In this document: one piece after another, positions 1-9,981 of the stretch
How positions within the stretch are numbered: the stretch's first letter is position 1
Layout of the letters: every line of letters starts with the position of its first letter
From: Candidatus Doudnabacteria bacterium RIFCSPHIGHO2_12_FULL_48_16
GTDB lineage: Bacteria; Patescibacteriota; Doudnabacteria; UBA920; O2-02-FULL-48-8
DNA length: 64,000 bases
Assembly: GCA_001780035.1 (NCBI GenBank)
Contig: MFEY01000007.1
Span: 262,343 to 326,342, forward strand
Direction: 5' to 3'
Notes under the pieces: generated by a model
The model's database searches: none
The model's input: the letters and a program-made list of their open reading frames with translations, nothing else
What the model was told of the DNA's origin: nothing
Made by a program: the position numbers and the translations under genes

Positions 1-276
1 AAACAGCCATCGCCAGGATTTGTAGGGCATGCAGCGGCCGAAGCGGTTCCAGATATGTGCTAAGAAAGCGAGTGCTGTGAGCTCTTTGTCCCCGGGCCGG
101 ATCCGAGTTCCGCGATCCGCATAATCATACCGCGGCCCCCAAGGCGTAAAGAGCGTCACCGCTTCCTGCCGAAGTCTCGGCAACACAGCGACTTCGTAAC
201 GGGCGGCGCGACCGGTGCAGTAATGCGGGTAGAACCGGGTATTGAACCACCTAACTCCACGATCCTGTTCCTTCAT
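1..276 (-). CDS. hypothetical protein, partial (start ATG at 276-274, runs off left edge of window)
   Basis: Minus-strand ORF beginning MKEQDRGVRWFNTRFYPHYCTGRAARYEV. GGAGA RBS 4 nt upstream, overlapping the stop of the upstream gene. Not in the ORF track because it lacks an in-window stop. Confidence 0.4.
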   Translation of the reverse strand, partial: MKEQDRGVRWFNTRFYPHYCTGRAARYEVAVLPRLRQEAVTLFTPWGPRYDYADRGTRIRPGDKELTALAFLAHIWNRFGRCMPYKSWRWLF

Positions 277-285
277 TGTTTCTCC

Positions 286-540
286 TTAACAAGGCGGCGG
301 AATATCATAGCCGTCGCTCTCGCCGATTTCAGGATTTGTCGCCGCGGCGGCCCAGCTGACCGCAAGCATATGCAGCACCAGCCAAGCGACCAGCACGCCA
401 ACGACCAAACTCTTGCGCGGCGCGAAAAAGTCTTGGTGGGCAGAAACCGCGTAAGCCACCCCCAGACCGGCCGATTGCGACAACAGACAGATTGCCAAGA
501 TCCGATGCTTTTTGACCGTTGACCAAAGATGTATGACCAT
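286..540 (-). CDS. small hypothetical membrane protein (84 aa)
   Basis: AAGGAGGA RBS 5 nt upstream of the ATG at 540. Hydrophobic segments. Followed 10 nt later by the next minus-strand gene. Confidence 0.5.
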   Translation of the reverse strand: MVIHLWSTVKKHRILAICLLSQSAGLGVAYAVSAHQDFFAPRKSLVVGVLVAWLVLHMLAVSWAAAATNPEIGESDGYDIPPPC

Positions 541-557
541 TAATCCTCCTTTGTAAA

Positions 558-592
558 ATCGAAAAAATAAATCCCCCGCAACTTGCAGGGGT
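558..592 (-). terminator. rho-independent terminator-like hairpin after the TrpR-like gene
   Basis: Imperfect GC hairpin CCCCGCAACTTGCAGGGG followed on the minus strand by a T-run (plus-strand AAAAAATAAAT). Confidence 0.35.
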
Positions 593-643
593 TAGTAAGA
601 ATCAGTATTTTAATACGTATCTTAATAAGTATTAATACCGCGC

Positions 644-970
644 CTAACCAACCCCTCCAGCAGAGCGGTTGGAATGATGATTCAAGCGATTCAAAATCAA
701 ACGATAGCCGCCCATACCAGCCTTGAGCCATTGGGCCACTCGAGTTACTGTTGCGGTTGTCGTTCGAGCTTCTTTGGCAATCACCAAATAAGACTTGTTG
801 CCCTTGGCGAGCATGCGGGCGACCCGAAAACGATTGGCGAATTCTTTCAGTTCTGACAAAGTCAAAAGATCCCGGAAGAACATCTCACACTCCGGCACAG
901 TTTTAAGCGCTAATACGGCCTCAAACAACTTGGTCGTATCCCGATTTATCCATCGTTTTTGTGCTAACAT
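644..970 (-). CDS. TrpR-related YerC/YecD-family HTH protein
   Basis: 108 aa. ...ELKEFANRFRVARMLAKGNKSYLVIAKEARTTTATVTRVAQWLKAG resembles the Trp-repressor-like YerC family. Confidence 0.6.
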   Translation of the reverse strand: MLAQKRWINRDTTKLFEAVLALKTVPECEMFFRDLLTLSELKEFANRFRVARMLAKGNKSYLVIAKEARTTTATVTRVAQWLKAGMGGYRLILNRLNHHSNRSAGGVG

Positions 971-1015
971 GCTAGCATGATATATTACTTAACCCGAAAT
1001 GTCAAGGGCAAAACA

Positions 1016-1042
1016 AAAACGGCCCACAAAGGCCGTTTTTAA
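1016..1042. terminator. bidirectional rho-independent terminator between the convergent yerC-like and uvrA genes
   Basis: AAAAA-CGGCC-cacaaa-GGCCG-TTTTT. Confidence 0.55.
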
Positions 1043-1050
1043 TAATAATC

Positions 1051-3936
1051 TTATTTCACTTTCACTTTTTCCTTGAGAACTCTTGCCAAATACTGGCCAG
1101 TATAGCTTTTTTTAACTTTCGCCACTTCTTCCGGTGTGCCCACGGCTACAACGAACCCGCCCTTATGCCCGCCTTCGGGGCCGAGGTCAATAATCCAATC
1201 CGCGGATTTGATGACGTCGAGATTATGCTCAATCACCAGCACGGTGTTACCCTTTTCCACCAAACGGTTCAAGACGCCGAGCAGGCGTTTGACGTCGTCA
1301 AAATGCAAACCCGTGGTCGGTTCGTCCAAAATATACAAAGTCCGGCCGGTCGAGGCGCGCGACAGCTCGGTCGCCAGCTTGATGCGCTGGGCTTCGCCGC
1401 CGGAGAGTGTGGTCGCCTGCTGGCCTAGGTGCATGTAGCCGAGGCCAACCAGAGACAAAGTTTCCAATTTGCGGGAAATCAGCGGCACGGCACGGAAAAA
1501 CACATAGGCTTCATCCACGGTCATTTCCAGCACATCCGAAATGGTCTTGCCCTTGTAATGGATATCCAGCGCTTCCTTATTGTAGCGCTTGCCTTTGCAT
1601 TCCTCGCAGGTGACATAGACATCGGGCAGAAAATGCATTTCGATTTTAATCACGCCGTCGCCGCCGCAAACTTCGCAGCGGCCGCCTTTGACGTTAAAAC
1701 TAAACCGGCCGGCTTTGTAACCGCGCATCCGGGCTTCCTGGGTGGCGGCAAACAAATCCCGGATATAAGTGAAGACGCCGGTATAGGTTGCCGGGTTGGA
1801 GCGCGGCGTGCGGCCGATCGGCGATTGGTCAATGTTGATGACCTTGTCGACATTTTCGATCCCCAAAATTTTCTTATGGTCGCCGGCGGATTCCTTGGCG
1901 TTATAAAAATAAGCGGACAAGGCTTTGGCCAAAATTTCATTCAGTAAAGTCGACTTGCCCGAGCCGGATACGCCAGTTAAACAGACAAATTTGCCCAGCG
2001 GAATTTCGACATCGATGTTTTTCAGATTATGTTCGGTGGCGCCGATGACCTTCAGCGTTTTGCTGCTGCCTTTTTTGCGGGTTTGCGGCACGACCACGCT
2101 TTCCTCGCCGGAGAGGTATCTGCCGGTCAAAGAATTTTTATCCTTGGCCACTTGGCTGGGCGTGCCTTCCGCCACCAATTGCCCACCGTGCTTGCCCGCG
2201 CCCGGGCCAATGTCGATCACCCAGTCCGATTCCCAAATGGTTTCTTCGTCATGCTCCACGACAATCACGGTGTTGCCGAGATCGCGGAGATTTTTCAGGG
2301 TTTTGAGCAGCCGGTCGTTATCCCGCTGATGCAGGCCGATCGAGGGCTCGTCCAAAATATACAAAACGCCGGTTAAGCCGGAGCCAATTTGAGTGGCCAA
2401 CCGGATACGCTGCGCTTCGCCGCCGGAGAGCGTATCCGCCGAACGATCCAAGGTCAGGTAATTGAGGCCCACATCCTGCAAAAATTTCAGGCGGGCCACG
2501 ATTTCCTTAAAAATCTGATGCGCGATCTTCATATCCTTCTCCGACATTTTCTTAGGCAGACTTTCGGTCCATTCAATGGCCTCGTCAATGCTGAAGTTGG
2601 CGACATCAACAATCGATTTGCTGTCAATTGTTACGGCCAAAAATTCCGGCTTTAAGCGGCGACCGCCGCAGGTCGGGCATTTTCTGATCCGCATATATTG
2701 CTCAATCTCACCGCGCATATAATCGGAATCGGTTTCCTTATATTTGCGCTCCAGGTTCGGAATCACGCCTTCAAACGAAGTCGTGCGCTTGTAGCCCGAT
2801 TCGTCCTCGATCTCAATTTTGCGGTCCGCCGTGCCATAAAGCACGACATCCAGATATTTTTTGGGCAGATCCCGGACCGGGATATGGATGGAAAAACCGT
2901 AGGCATCGGCCAGGGCCGAAAGCACCCGGGAATACCACGACAGCCGTGAGGTGGTTTTGCTCCACGGGCGGATCGCCCCTTCCGCCAAGGTCAGCTTCAG
3001 GTTGGGGATAACCAGTTCCGGCGTGATCTCGAGGCGCGTGCCGAGGCCGGTACAGTCCGGACAAGCCCCATGCGGGGAATTAAAAGAAAAATTGCGGGGA
3101 TTCAGTTCCGGCAAGTTCGTGTGGCCATCCGGACAGGCAAAATTGGAGGAGAGCATAACTTCGCCCGCCTCGGCTCGATTTTGAGCTTTATCGCCGAGTC
3201 GAGACGGGTCTTTCTCGCCCTTCTGAACGACAATCGAATCATTGCCCAAATCCAGGGCGGTCTCCAGCGAATCGGCCACCCGAGCCCGTTCGTTGGAGTC
3301 AATCACAATCCGATCCACGACCACGTCAATCGTATGCTTCTTCTTTTTATCTACGGTCAGTTGCAGCGCTTCCGCCAAATCCATGACCGTGCCATCAAAC
3401 CGCACGCGCTGGTAGCCGCTTTTTTTCGCTTCCTCCAGCAAATGCTTGTGCTCGCCTTTCTGGTCCTTGACCAGCGGGGCCATAATCACGATTTTGGTAT
3501 CTTTCGGCCAATTCATAATTTGGTCAACCATTTGAGTCACCGTTTGGCCGACGATTTTCTTGCCGCAAACCGGACAATGCGGCACCCCGACGCGGGCAAA
3601 CAATAAGCGCAAATAATCATAGATTTCCGTGACCGTGCCGACCGTCGAGCGCGGATTATGCGACGCAGATTTTTGGTCAATCGAGATCGCGGGGCTCAAG
3701 CCTTCAATTCGGTCGACATCCGGTTTGTCCATCAGGCCCAAAAACTGCCGCGCGTAGGCAGAAAGCGACTCAACATAGCGGCGTTGGCCTTCGGCGTAGA
3801 TGGTGTCAAAGGCCAGGGAGGATTTGCCGCTGCCCGAAAGACCCGTGATGACCACGAGCTTGTTGCGAGGAATGTCGACGTTGATATTTTTCAAGTTGTG
3901 CACCCGCGCACCGCGGATGACAATTTTGTCAGTCAT
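1051..3936 (-). CDS. uvrA: excinuclease ABC subunit A
   Basis: 961 aa. Two ABC ATPase modules ([12 protein letters not shown]..., [10 protein letters not shown]) and a Zn-finger CxxC region. Canonical UvrA N-terminus. Confidence 0.95.
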   Translation of the reverse strand: MTDKIVIRGARVHNLKNINVDIPRNKLVVITGLSGSGKSSLAFDTIYAEGQRRYVESLSAYARQFLGLMDKPDVDRIEGLSPAISIDQKSASHNPRSTVGTVTEIYDYLRLLFARVGVPHCPVCGKKIVGQTVTQMVDQIMNWPKDTKIVIMAPLVKDQKGEHKHLLEEAKKSGYQRVRFDGTVMDLAEALQLTVDKKKKHTIDVVVDRIVIDSNERARVADSLETALDLGNDSIVVQKGEKDPSRLGDKAQNRAEAGEVMLSSNFACPDGHTNLPELNPRNFSFNSPHGACPDCTGLGTRLEITPELVIPNLKLTLAEGAIRPWSKTTSRLSWYSRVLSALADAYGFSIHIPVRDLPKKYLDVVLYGTADRKIEIEDESGYKRTTSFEGVIPNLERKYKETDSDYMRGEIEQYMRIRKCPTCGGRRLKPEFLAVTIDSKSIVDVANFSIDEAIEWTESLPKKMSEKDMKIAHQIFKEIVARLKFLQDVGLNYLTLDRSADTLSGGEAQRIRLATQIGSGLTGVLYILDEPSIGLHQRDNDRLLKTLKNLRDLGNTVIVVEHDEETIWESDWVIDIGPGAGKHGGQLVAEGTPSQVAKDKNSLTGRYLSGEESVVVPQTRKKGSSKTLKVIGATEHNLKNIDVEIPLGKFVCLTGVSGSGKSTLLNEILAKALSAYFYNAKESAGDHKKILGIENVDKVINIDQSPIGRTPRSNPATYTGVFTYIRDLFAATQEARMRGYKAGRFSFNVKGGRCEVCGGDGVIKIEMHFLPDVYVTCEECKGKRYNKEALDIHYKGKTISDVLEMTVDEAYVFFRAVPLISRKLETLSLVGLGYMHLGQQATTLSGGEAQRIKLATELSRASTGRTLYILDEPTTGLHFDDVKRLLGVLNRLVEKGNTVLVIEHNLDVIKSADWIIDLGPEGGHKGGFVVAVGTPEEVAKVKKSYTGQYLARVLKEKVKVK

Positions 3937-4067
3937 AGGGGGTCACTCTTCCGCTGCAAAAATAACGAACTTGAGAAAGCCCTCAGCCGCAGAGGGTTAA
4001 TAAAAGCTTGGATAGTATATACCGGAAAAACCCCCGTGGCAAGCCCGAAGACCCCACAAACGGCAGT

Positions 4068-4078
4068 TGTGATAGAAT
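4068..4078 (+). promoter_or_regulatory. extended -10 element (TGaTAGAAT) 6 nt upstream of the uvrC ATG; probable leaderless transcript
   Basis: TG at -15/-14 plus TAGAAT at 4073-4078. No RBS before the ATG at 4085. Confidence 0.35.
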
Positions 4079-4084
4079 GGCTTT

Positions 4085-5917
4085 ATGGCTGCTAATTTTG
4101 CTCAGAAACTGACCGATTTGCCCAAAAAACCCGGCGTCTATATCTTCAAAGACCAGGCCGGCGCGGTTTTATACGTGGGCAAAGCGGTCAACCTGCGCGC
4201 ACGGGTTGGTTCTTATTTTAAACAAGGCGCCGAAGCGGTGCGATCCCGGATCCAAATCATGATCGCTCAAATCGCGGATCTGGATTATGTCGTGACTGAC
4301 AACGAAACCGAGAGCTTGATTTTGGAAAATAACTTCATCAAACAACTCAAGCCCAAATATAATGTCATGTTGCGGGACGATAAAAATTATCTGTTTATCA
4401 AAATCAATTTGCAAGATGAAATCCCAACCATTGATTTCGAGCACAGAATCACGGACCGCAAGGCCCGCCACTTCGGTCCTTACACCTCGGGCCTGGCCAT
4501 CAAAGATACACTGCGGCTCCTGCGCCGGATTTTTCCATACTGCGCCAATGCCAAAATCGGCAGCAAGCCCTGTTTCTACTACCACATCGGCAAATGTCCG
4601 GGGGTCTGTTTTGGCCAAATCAGCGTCAGCGACTACCGGGAAAATTACATTAAAAAAATCATCAAATTTTTGGAAGGCCGCCAAGTTGAAGTGCTGCAAG
4701 ACCTCCAACGACAAATGAAAACCGCGGCCGGTCGGCGACAATTTGAGACAGCGGCCAAGATCCGGAACCAGATCTTTGCCTTAAATCGCGTCCTGGAGCG
4801 GCAAAAAATCGTTTATGCTCAAAAAATCAACCAAGATGTATTTTCTTTATACCAAGACGGCGCGGCCTGCGTTAATTTATTTATCATCCGCGAAGGCAAA
4901 CTGATTCAAAAAGAAAACTTTATCCTGGACAATGCCAAGCAATCATCCACAGCGGAAATTTTGGAGAGTTTTCTGCCGCGCTACTATCTGGACGCCAGCA
5001 GTAAACCCAAAGAGATCTTATTGCCCGTGAAAATTAACGAGGAAGAAATATTATCGTCTTTGCAAGCGACAGCGAAGCAATCCCAAAATGAGATTGCTTC
5101 GTCGTCCCGATTAATCGGGACTCCTCGCAAAGACAGAATCAAAATCCAAACCCCAACCCGCGGCACCAAGCATGAATTGATCAAGCTCGGCGAGCTGAAT
5201 GCCAAACAATATCTCGAAGCCGCTTCCGACAAGCACCTCCTCGAGGAAGCGCGGCTCATGAGTTCCCTGCGGGAGCTCCAACGGATCCTGAAGCTGCCGC
5301 AGCTACCCGGCCGCATTGAAGCTTATGACATTTCCAACATCCAAGGCACCAACGCCGTGGGGTCGATGGTTGTGTTTGATTTCGGGCGGCCCAAAAAAGA
5401 CCAGTATCGCAAGTTCAAGATCAACAAAAAACAGACCCCGGATGACTTCGCCATGATGCGCGAGATGCTGGAACGAAGGTTCAAAAAAGCCTGGAGCGCC
5501 CCTGACCTGATTCTGATCGACGGCGGCAAGGGCCAACTCAATGCAGCGATCACCGCATTGAAAATTACAAATTACAAATTCCAAATTCCAATTCTGGGTC
5601 TAGCCAAGCGGCTGGAGGAAATTTTTCTGCCCGGCCGAAAAACCCCCGTCATCTTACCGCCCAATTCCATCGGGCTGTTTCTCCTGCAACGCATTCGCGA
5701 CGAAGCGCACCGGTTTGCCGTAAAGTATCACCGCACTCTGCGCTCCCGCAAATCCTTAACCTCAGTTCTCGATTCAATCACCGGTGTCGGCCCGAATAAG
5801 AAACGCCGGCTGTTGTTGCAATTTGGTTCGGCGGAAAAAATTCGGCAAGCCTCGCTGACTGAGCTGGCGGCAATTGTCGGCGGCAGCGTGGCGGAAAAAA
5901 TCAAGGCCAGCCTATAA
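4085..5917 (+). CDS. uvrC: excinuclease ABC subunit C
   Basis: 610 aa. N-terminal GIY-YIG (GVYIFKD...VLYVGKA), a UvrBC-interaction region and a C-terminal RNaseH-like/HhH domain. Confidence 0.95.
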   Translation: MAANFAQKLTDLPKKPGVYIFKDQAGAVLYVGKAVNLRARVGSYFKQGAEAVRSRIQIMIAQIADLDYVVTDNETESLILENNFIKQLKPKYNVMLRDDKNYLFIKINLQDEIPTIDFEHRITDRKARHFGPYTSGLAIKDTLRLLRRIFPYCANAKIGSKPCFYYHIGKCPGVCFGQISVSDYRENYIKKIIKFLEGRQVEVLQDLQRQMKTAAGRRQFETAAKIRNQIFALNRVLERQKIVYAQKINQDVFSLYQDGAACVNLFIIREGKLIQKENFILDNAKQSSTAEILESFLPRYYLDASSKPKEILLPVKINEEEILSSLQATAKQSQNEIASSSRLIGTPRKDRIKIQTPTRGTKHELIKLGELNAKQYLEAASDKHLLEEARLMSSLRELQRILKLPQLPGRIEAYDISNIQGTNAVGSMVVFDFGRPKKDQYRKFKINKKQTPDDFAMMREMLERRFKKAWSAPDLILIDGGKGQLNAAITALKITNYKFQIPILGLAKRLEEIFLPGRKTPVILPPNSIGLFLLQRIRDEAHRFAVKYHRTLRSRKSLTSVLDSITGVGPNKKRRLLLQFGSAEKIRQASLTELAAIVGGSVAEKIKASL

Positions 5918-5977
5918 ATCTGTTGACTAATTACGCCCTTTCTGGCAAAATAACAAAGCCCTAATTTACTCAACTTT

Positions 5978-6196
5978 ATGAATAATATTTTAATCTACGC
6001 TTTGGTTATTGTTGATGTTTTGCTGGTTATTTCAATCCTTCTGCAGCAGCGCGAAGGCGGCCTGTCCACCGTATTTGGGGGCGAAGGCGCAGTTTATCGC
6101 CAAAAGCGCGGCTTGGCCCGCGGCTTGCACTTTTTTACCATTGGACTCGTGGTGATTTTCGCCGCACTCAGCGTCGCCATCATCTTCTTCCAATAA
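5978..6196 (+). CDS. secG: preprotein translocase subunit SecG
   Basis: 72 aa with two TM helices. ...LLQQREGGLSTVFGG... is typical of SecG. Confidence 0.75.
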   Translation: MNNILIYALVIVDVLLVISILLQQREGGLSTVFGGEGAVYRQKRGLARGLHFFTIGLVVIFAALSVAIIFFQ

Positions 6197-6202
6197 TAAA
6201 TC

Positions 6203-7939
6203 ATGCGCAGCGCTTGGTTGCATCTCAAAAATTTTTTTAGCCATGTCATTGAAGGCTTGCGCCAATTCCGGCAACTACGCCGGCCGCAGTTTGTTCATAC
6301 CATTGAAACTTTTTCCAAGCGCGATTTATATCTCGCACTCACTGCCGCCATCCTCTTGGTTGCCTCGGGCGGCTTTTTGATTGTTCAACTGTTTACCAGC
6401 CACGGCCCCTACGGCGGCGAACTGACCGAAGGGCTCCTCGGCGAGCCGCAATTTATCAACCCGGTTTACTCAAGCAGCAACAGCACGGACAGCGACCTAA
6501 CGCGCATTGTGTTTGCCCAACTGCTCGCTTACGATTCAGCCGGCAACCTCTCTCCCGACCTGGCAGACAGCCTGCCGGAAATTTCGGCCGACAAAAAAAC
6601 TTTCACTTTGAAACTGAAAGCCAACCTCAAATGGCAAGACGGCGCCGCTCTGTCAGCCGATGATGTCATATTTACCATCCAGACGATTCAAAATCCGGAA
6701 TATGAATCCCCTCTGCGGCCGAACTGGATCCGGGTCAAAGTCCAAAAACTCGACGACGCCACGGTGCAGTTCAAGCTCGGCGAGGTGTCGAATTCGTTTG
6801 TTAACAATTTCGCCCTCGGCATCATTCCCAAACATCTCTGGGAAAATCTGTCGCCCCAAAACTTCCGCCTCTCCGATCAGAACCTGCGGGCCGTGGGCGC
6901 CGGGCCGTTCGGCGTCGATTCGATCAAAAAAACCGCGGACGGCGTGATCAAATCGCTCCGGCTCAAGGCCAATCCTTACTACCATCAAGGCCGGCCGTAT
7001 CTGAACTATCTGACGTTTAAATTTTATGGCGACTATGACACCCTGGTGGCGGCTTACCACGGTCGGGAAGTGCAATCGCTGGGCCTCCTGCCCTTCGACA
7101 AGAGCGCTTTTTCCCTGTCGCGCAACTTGGCTCAATCTTACCAGTTGAATTTGCCCCAATATCAAGCCGTGTTCTTCAACCTGGCCCGGAACGCCGTGCT
7201 CAAAAGCAAAGCCGTGCGCCAGGCGCTTTGGCTGGCGACCGACCGCGACGAAATTATCAGCAAAATTTATGCCGGCAACGTCGCGCCGGCTTTCGGCCCA
7301 ATCCAGCCCTTATCGCTGGGCTTTAACCCGGCGATCGAGCAGTCCGTCCATTACAGCCTCGGGGAAGCCGCCATGATCTTGGACAAAGCCGGCTGGGTTA
7401 TGGACGCCAAAACCGGCGTGCGCGCCAAAGGCAAACAAGTGCTGGAATTCAACTTGGTCACGTCCGGCAACCTGGTGCTCAATGTTCAGGCGGCACAGAT
7501 GCTGCAAGAGCAATGGAATAAAATCGGGGCCAAAATCAATTTGATCATTGTCAGCCCGCGGCAATTGCACGACGATTACATCAAGGGCCGGACCTTTGAT
7601 GCGATTTTAACTTCCGAAAACACAGGCGCAGACCCGGATCCGTTTCCGTTTTGGCACACCAGCCAATCCCATGATCCGGGACTCAATCTTTCCGGTTTTT
7701 CCAGCACCGAAGCCGATAAGCTCTTAACCGAAGCGCGCCAAACCGCGGATAACAATGTCCGGATTCGCGATTACCAACGGTTCCAGGAAATTATCAACGG
7801 CGAGCTGCCGGCAATTTTTCTGACGCGTTCGCTCTATCTTTACAACGTCCCCCAAAACCTCCAGGGCATTAACTTGGCCAATATTTATTACGCTTACGAA
7901 CGGTTCATCGACATCAATCAGTGGTATTTCGGCAATTAA
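6203..7939 (+). CDS. extracellular solute-binding protein, family 5 (peptide/oligopeptide ABC transporter SBP-like)
   Basis: 578 aa with an N-terminal TM anchor and SBP_bac_5-like composition (DSAGNLSPDLADSLPE...KTFTLKLK...WQDG). Confidence 0.7.
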   Translation: MRSAWLHLKNFFSHVIEGLRQFRQLRRPQFVHTIETFSKRDLYLALTAAILLVASGGFLIVQLFTSHGPYGGELTEGLLGEPQFINPVYSSSNSTDSDLTRIVFAQLLAYDSAGNLSPDLADSLPEISADKKTFTLKLKANLKWQDGAALSADDVIFTIQTIQNPEYESPLRPNWIRVKVQKLDDATVQFKLGEVSNSFVNNFALGIIPKHLWENLSPQNFRLSDQNLRAVGAGPFGVDSIKKTADGVIKSLRLKANPYYHQGRPYLNYLTFKFYGDYDTLVAAYHGREVQSLGLLPFDKSAFSLSRNLAQSYQLNLPQYQAVFFNLARNAVLKSKAVRQALWLATDRDEIISKIYAGNVAPAFGPIQPLSLGFNPAIEQSVHYSLGEAAMILDKAGWVMDAKTGVRAKGKQVLEFNLVTSGNLVLNVQAAQMLQEQWNKIGAKINLIIVSPRQLHDDYIKGRTFDAILTSENTGADPDPFPFWHTSQSHDPGLNLSGFSSTEADKLLTEARQTADNNVRIRDYQRFQEIINGELPAIFLTRSLYLYNVPQNLQGINLANIYYAYERFIDINQWYFGN

Positions 7940-7940
7940 A

Positions 7941-7958
7941 AAACGCCAACGCGTTTCT
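7941..7958. terminator. bidirectional terminator hairpin (AACGC-caac-GCGTT flanked by A/T runs)
   Basis: Lies between the ABC SBP gene (plus) and the minus-strand tRNA-like gene. Confidence 0.5.
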
Positions 7959-8025
7959 TGGTGGGCACGGAGAGATTTGAACTCTCACGGGCGTAAGCCC
8001 ACACGTGACTTCCGCGTGCGCGCCC
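7959..8025 (-). pseudogene. 67-nt tRNA-like element (acceptor + T-arm + encoded CCA, no standard D/anticodon arms)
   Basis: Reverse complement reads GGGCGCG...GAGAG-TTCAAAT-CTCTC-CGTGCCC-A-CCA. The T-arm and 7-bp acceptor pairing are good, but the body is too short (64 nt before CCA) for a cloverleaf. Confidence 0.3.
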
Positions 8026-8050
8026 CGCACTAAATTTTGCTAAATTATTT

Positions 8051-8137
8051 TGGTGCTCGAGGGGAGATTCGAACTCCCACAGCCTTACGGCCATACGCTC
8101 CTGAAGCGTACGTGTATACCAGTTCCACCACTCGAGC
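8051..8137 (-). tRNA. tRNA-Leu (anticodon CAG), long variable arm, CCA encoded
   Basis: Reverse complement: GCTCGAG-TG-GTG..CAC-G-TACGC-TTCAGGA-GCGTA-long variable arm-GGGAG-TTCGAAT-CTCCC-CTCGAGC-A-CCA. Confidence 0.85.
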
Positions 8138-8249
8138 AAAATTAGTGCGGGGTAAATATACCAGCCTGTCCCGCACCATTGCTTCGCGTCTGGTGCTGGG
8201 ATTCCGCCACGTGCCCTTAACAGTAACTAATATTAGCATAAATTTTGCA

Positions 8250-8288
8250 AAAGAAAAACGCCGGCAGCTCACATAAGGAGCCGCCGGA
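8250..8288 (-). terminator. rho-independent terminator of the 8313..9833 gene
   Basis: 10-bp imperfect stem (CCGGCAGCTC / GAGCCGCCGG), then a T-run on the minus strand. Confidence 0.5.
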
Positions 8289-8312
8289 CGCAGTTGGTAA
8301 AAGTCAGACGCT

Positions 8313-9833
8313 TTAGCGCATAAACGCTTTGGCGTCTTTGTAAATGTTTTCGAAGAATTTCCGATTCCACTCCCATGGATCCGGAACCACATGATATGCG
8401 AACTGGCCCGCGGCGCCTTCCGGAATCCATGACAGGAGCCCCAGGCTTTCCAGATCGTCCAGCAGAAAGACCAGGTCAGACTGCTGGCTGGCCGCCATGT
8501 TCTTGCGCGGGAGATCGAAGGCCTTCTGCATCCCATGGGTCGGTAGCTGGGTGCCGGCGAGGGGGTTGCTGCCGCCGAGCACTCGCTGGTAAACCAGATC
8601 GCGCCCCAGCGAGTTCGTCTCCACCACGCCGAACGAAGCGCCCTCCAGCCGGCGGAGTTCAAAGCCGACGTAGAGCAGACAGCCGAGCGTGGCCGGTTCC
8701 GAGCCCATATACCAGTGCTGGTTAGCCGGGTTGTAAAGCCGGCTTTTCGGATTCACGGTCAGCTCCCCAATCGGCGACATCCCGCTGGTGCGGATCCGGA
8801 TACCGAACACGTCGGGCAAGTTGGGCATGGCTACAACGCGCCCATTACGCCCGTTTCCCCAAGCCTGAATCAGCGCCGCCAGATCGGGAACCCCGTATTT
8901 GGCCACGTCGGATGGGCCGTAGAACGACCACATCCGCTTGCTGAGTTCGCTTTGCCCGTCGAACTTCGGCTGGTTGGCCTGGACGATCTCCTGGTAGTCC
9001 TTCTTGCTGTGCCGGTAGATGGCCAGGAGTTGAGACGCCGCCTCGACCCGGAAGTAATACGACCGGCTCGAGTCGTCGAGATTTTTCAGGAACCGGTAGA
9101 GTTCTGGCTTGTACCGGTTCGTGTTACCAAAATACACGAGCGGATAGCTCAGACTCCGATCCGCGATCAACTGGCGCACCGCAGTAATGGGCGTCCGCTT
9201 GGGATCGAGGTGCACGCCGGTGGAAAGCGAGACCGCCTTGAGCATGTTCCCGTAGCCCATGTGGTATTCGGCGATCTCAAAATCCGGCCGACCATACACA
9301 TCGGTCTGGCGTTTGATCCGTCGCGCCATGGCTGGGATGGCCAAGGTCGGATTGAGCCGGTCGTCGCGAGTGACCACCCTGACCCAGCGTCCTCTCACGC
9401 GCTTGCGCTCTGTCTTCACCAAACCTGCATCAATACCGCCTGAGATGGTGAACTGTGCGCAGCCGACCGCGTCGGAACTCCGGGCATTGCAATCGCCCGC
9501 GCTCTCCAGAAAAATTCTCGCCGCCAAGCGCATGGGATCCAGCCCCTGGGCTTTCGCCGCAGACTGAATGATGTCCCAGAGCCGGGTTTCGAAAATCCGC
9601 TTGGGCGCGTCCCAATACTGGCGGTGCTTCATGATGTTGAACCACTGGGCCCGCGCCATGAGCTCGGTCCGGTTCTTCAACTGGTCCGCGGTCAAGGATT
9701 CACGATCCTTGCCGACCCCGATAATCCGCTGGCTCGGCACGAACGGCCGCGCCAGAGTCGGTTTCTGTGCCACCATCAAAGATGGCATAGCGAAGCCGAC
9801 CAGCAACGCAACTAACACGATTCTTCGCAACAT
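8313..9833 (-). CDS. secreted lytic transglycosylase (SLT family-1 domain) protein with an unknown C-terminal domain
   Basis: 506 aa with a signal peptide. ARIFLESAGDCNARSSDAVGCAQFT matches the SLT catalytic ES-GLMQ-like core. GAGGAGG RBS. GC content is well above the local backbone. Confidence 0.6.
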   Translation of the reverse strand: MLRRIVLVALLVGFAMPSLMVAQKPTLARPFVPSQRIIGVGKDRESLTADQLKNRTELMARAQWFNIMKHRQYWDAPKRIFETRLWDIIQSAAKAQGLDPMRLAARIFLESAGDCNARSSDAVGCAQFTISGGIDAGLVKTERKRVRGRWVRVVTRDDRLNPTLAIPAMARRIKRQTDVYGRPDFEIAEYHMGYGNMLKAVSLSTGVHLDPKRTPITAVRQLIADRSLSYPLVYFGNTNRYKPELYRFLKNLDDSSRSYYFRVEAASQLLAIYRHSKKDYQEIVQANQPKFDGQSELSKRMWSFYGPSDVAKYGVPDLAALIQAWGNGRNGRVVAMPNLPDVFGIRIRTSGMSPIGELTVNPKSRLYNPANQHWYMGSEPATLGCLLYVGFELRRLEGASFGVVETNSLGRDLVYQRVLGGSNPLAGTQLPTHGMQKAFDLPRKNMAASQQSDLVFLLDDLESLGLLSWIPEGAAGQFAYHVVPDPWEWNRKFFENIYKDAKAFMR

Positions 9834-9913
9834 GTCATCCTCCTCAGGATATCTTAGGAACGACTAACCCCGGATTATACTCGTTTCTGGGCTGTTCGTC
9901 AATGCCCCGCTGC

Positions 9914-9981
9914 CTATTTTGGCTTATTTTAGCCAATTTTAAGCCTTATGTCTTGACAAAACTACCCAAAAGGTATATACT
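9914..9981 (+). promoter_or_regulatory. three tandem ~11-nt direct repeats (ATTTTRGCC) immediately upstream of a TTGACA-17-TATACT promoter
   Basis: ctATTTTGGCT tATTTTAGCC aATTTTAAGCC, then TTGACA (9953-58), a 17-nt spacer, and TATACT (9976-81). Confidence 0.35.

Noticed and set aside
1136-3606. Numerous 60-180-aa ORFs on the plus strand inside uvrA (e.g. 1429..1947, 3070..3606), and similar antisense ORFs inside rpoB, rpoC, polA, uvrB and the large surface-protein gene
   Set aside because: They lie antisense to, or out of frame with, long well-supported genes that have clear homology. They have no RBS or motifs and are typical GC-rich shadow ORFs.
3937-4084. LexA/SOS box in the divergent uvrA-uvrC intergenic region
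   Set aside because: Only a GAAC half-site is present. There is no CTGT-N8-ACAG or GAAC-N4-GTTC palindrome.
8037-8662. ORFs 8037..8276 (+) and 8045..8662 (-) from the six-frame track
   Set aside because: They overlap the tRNA-Leu gene and its flanks or run antisense through the SLT-domain gene. They have no RBS and are GC-driven artefacts.
9914-9945. Possible CRISPR/tandem-repeat array
   Set aside because: There are only three ~11-nt AT-rich direct repeats with no spacers of CRISPR size. This is more consistent with a promoter-proximal binding-site cluster. No CRISPR array or cas genes were seen anywhere in the window.
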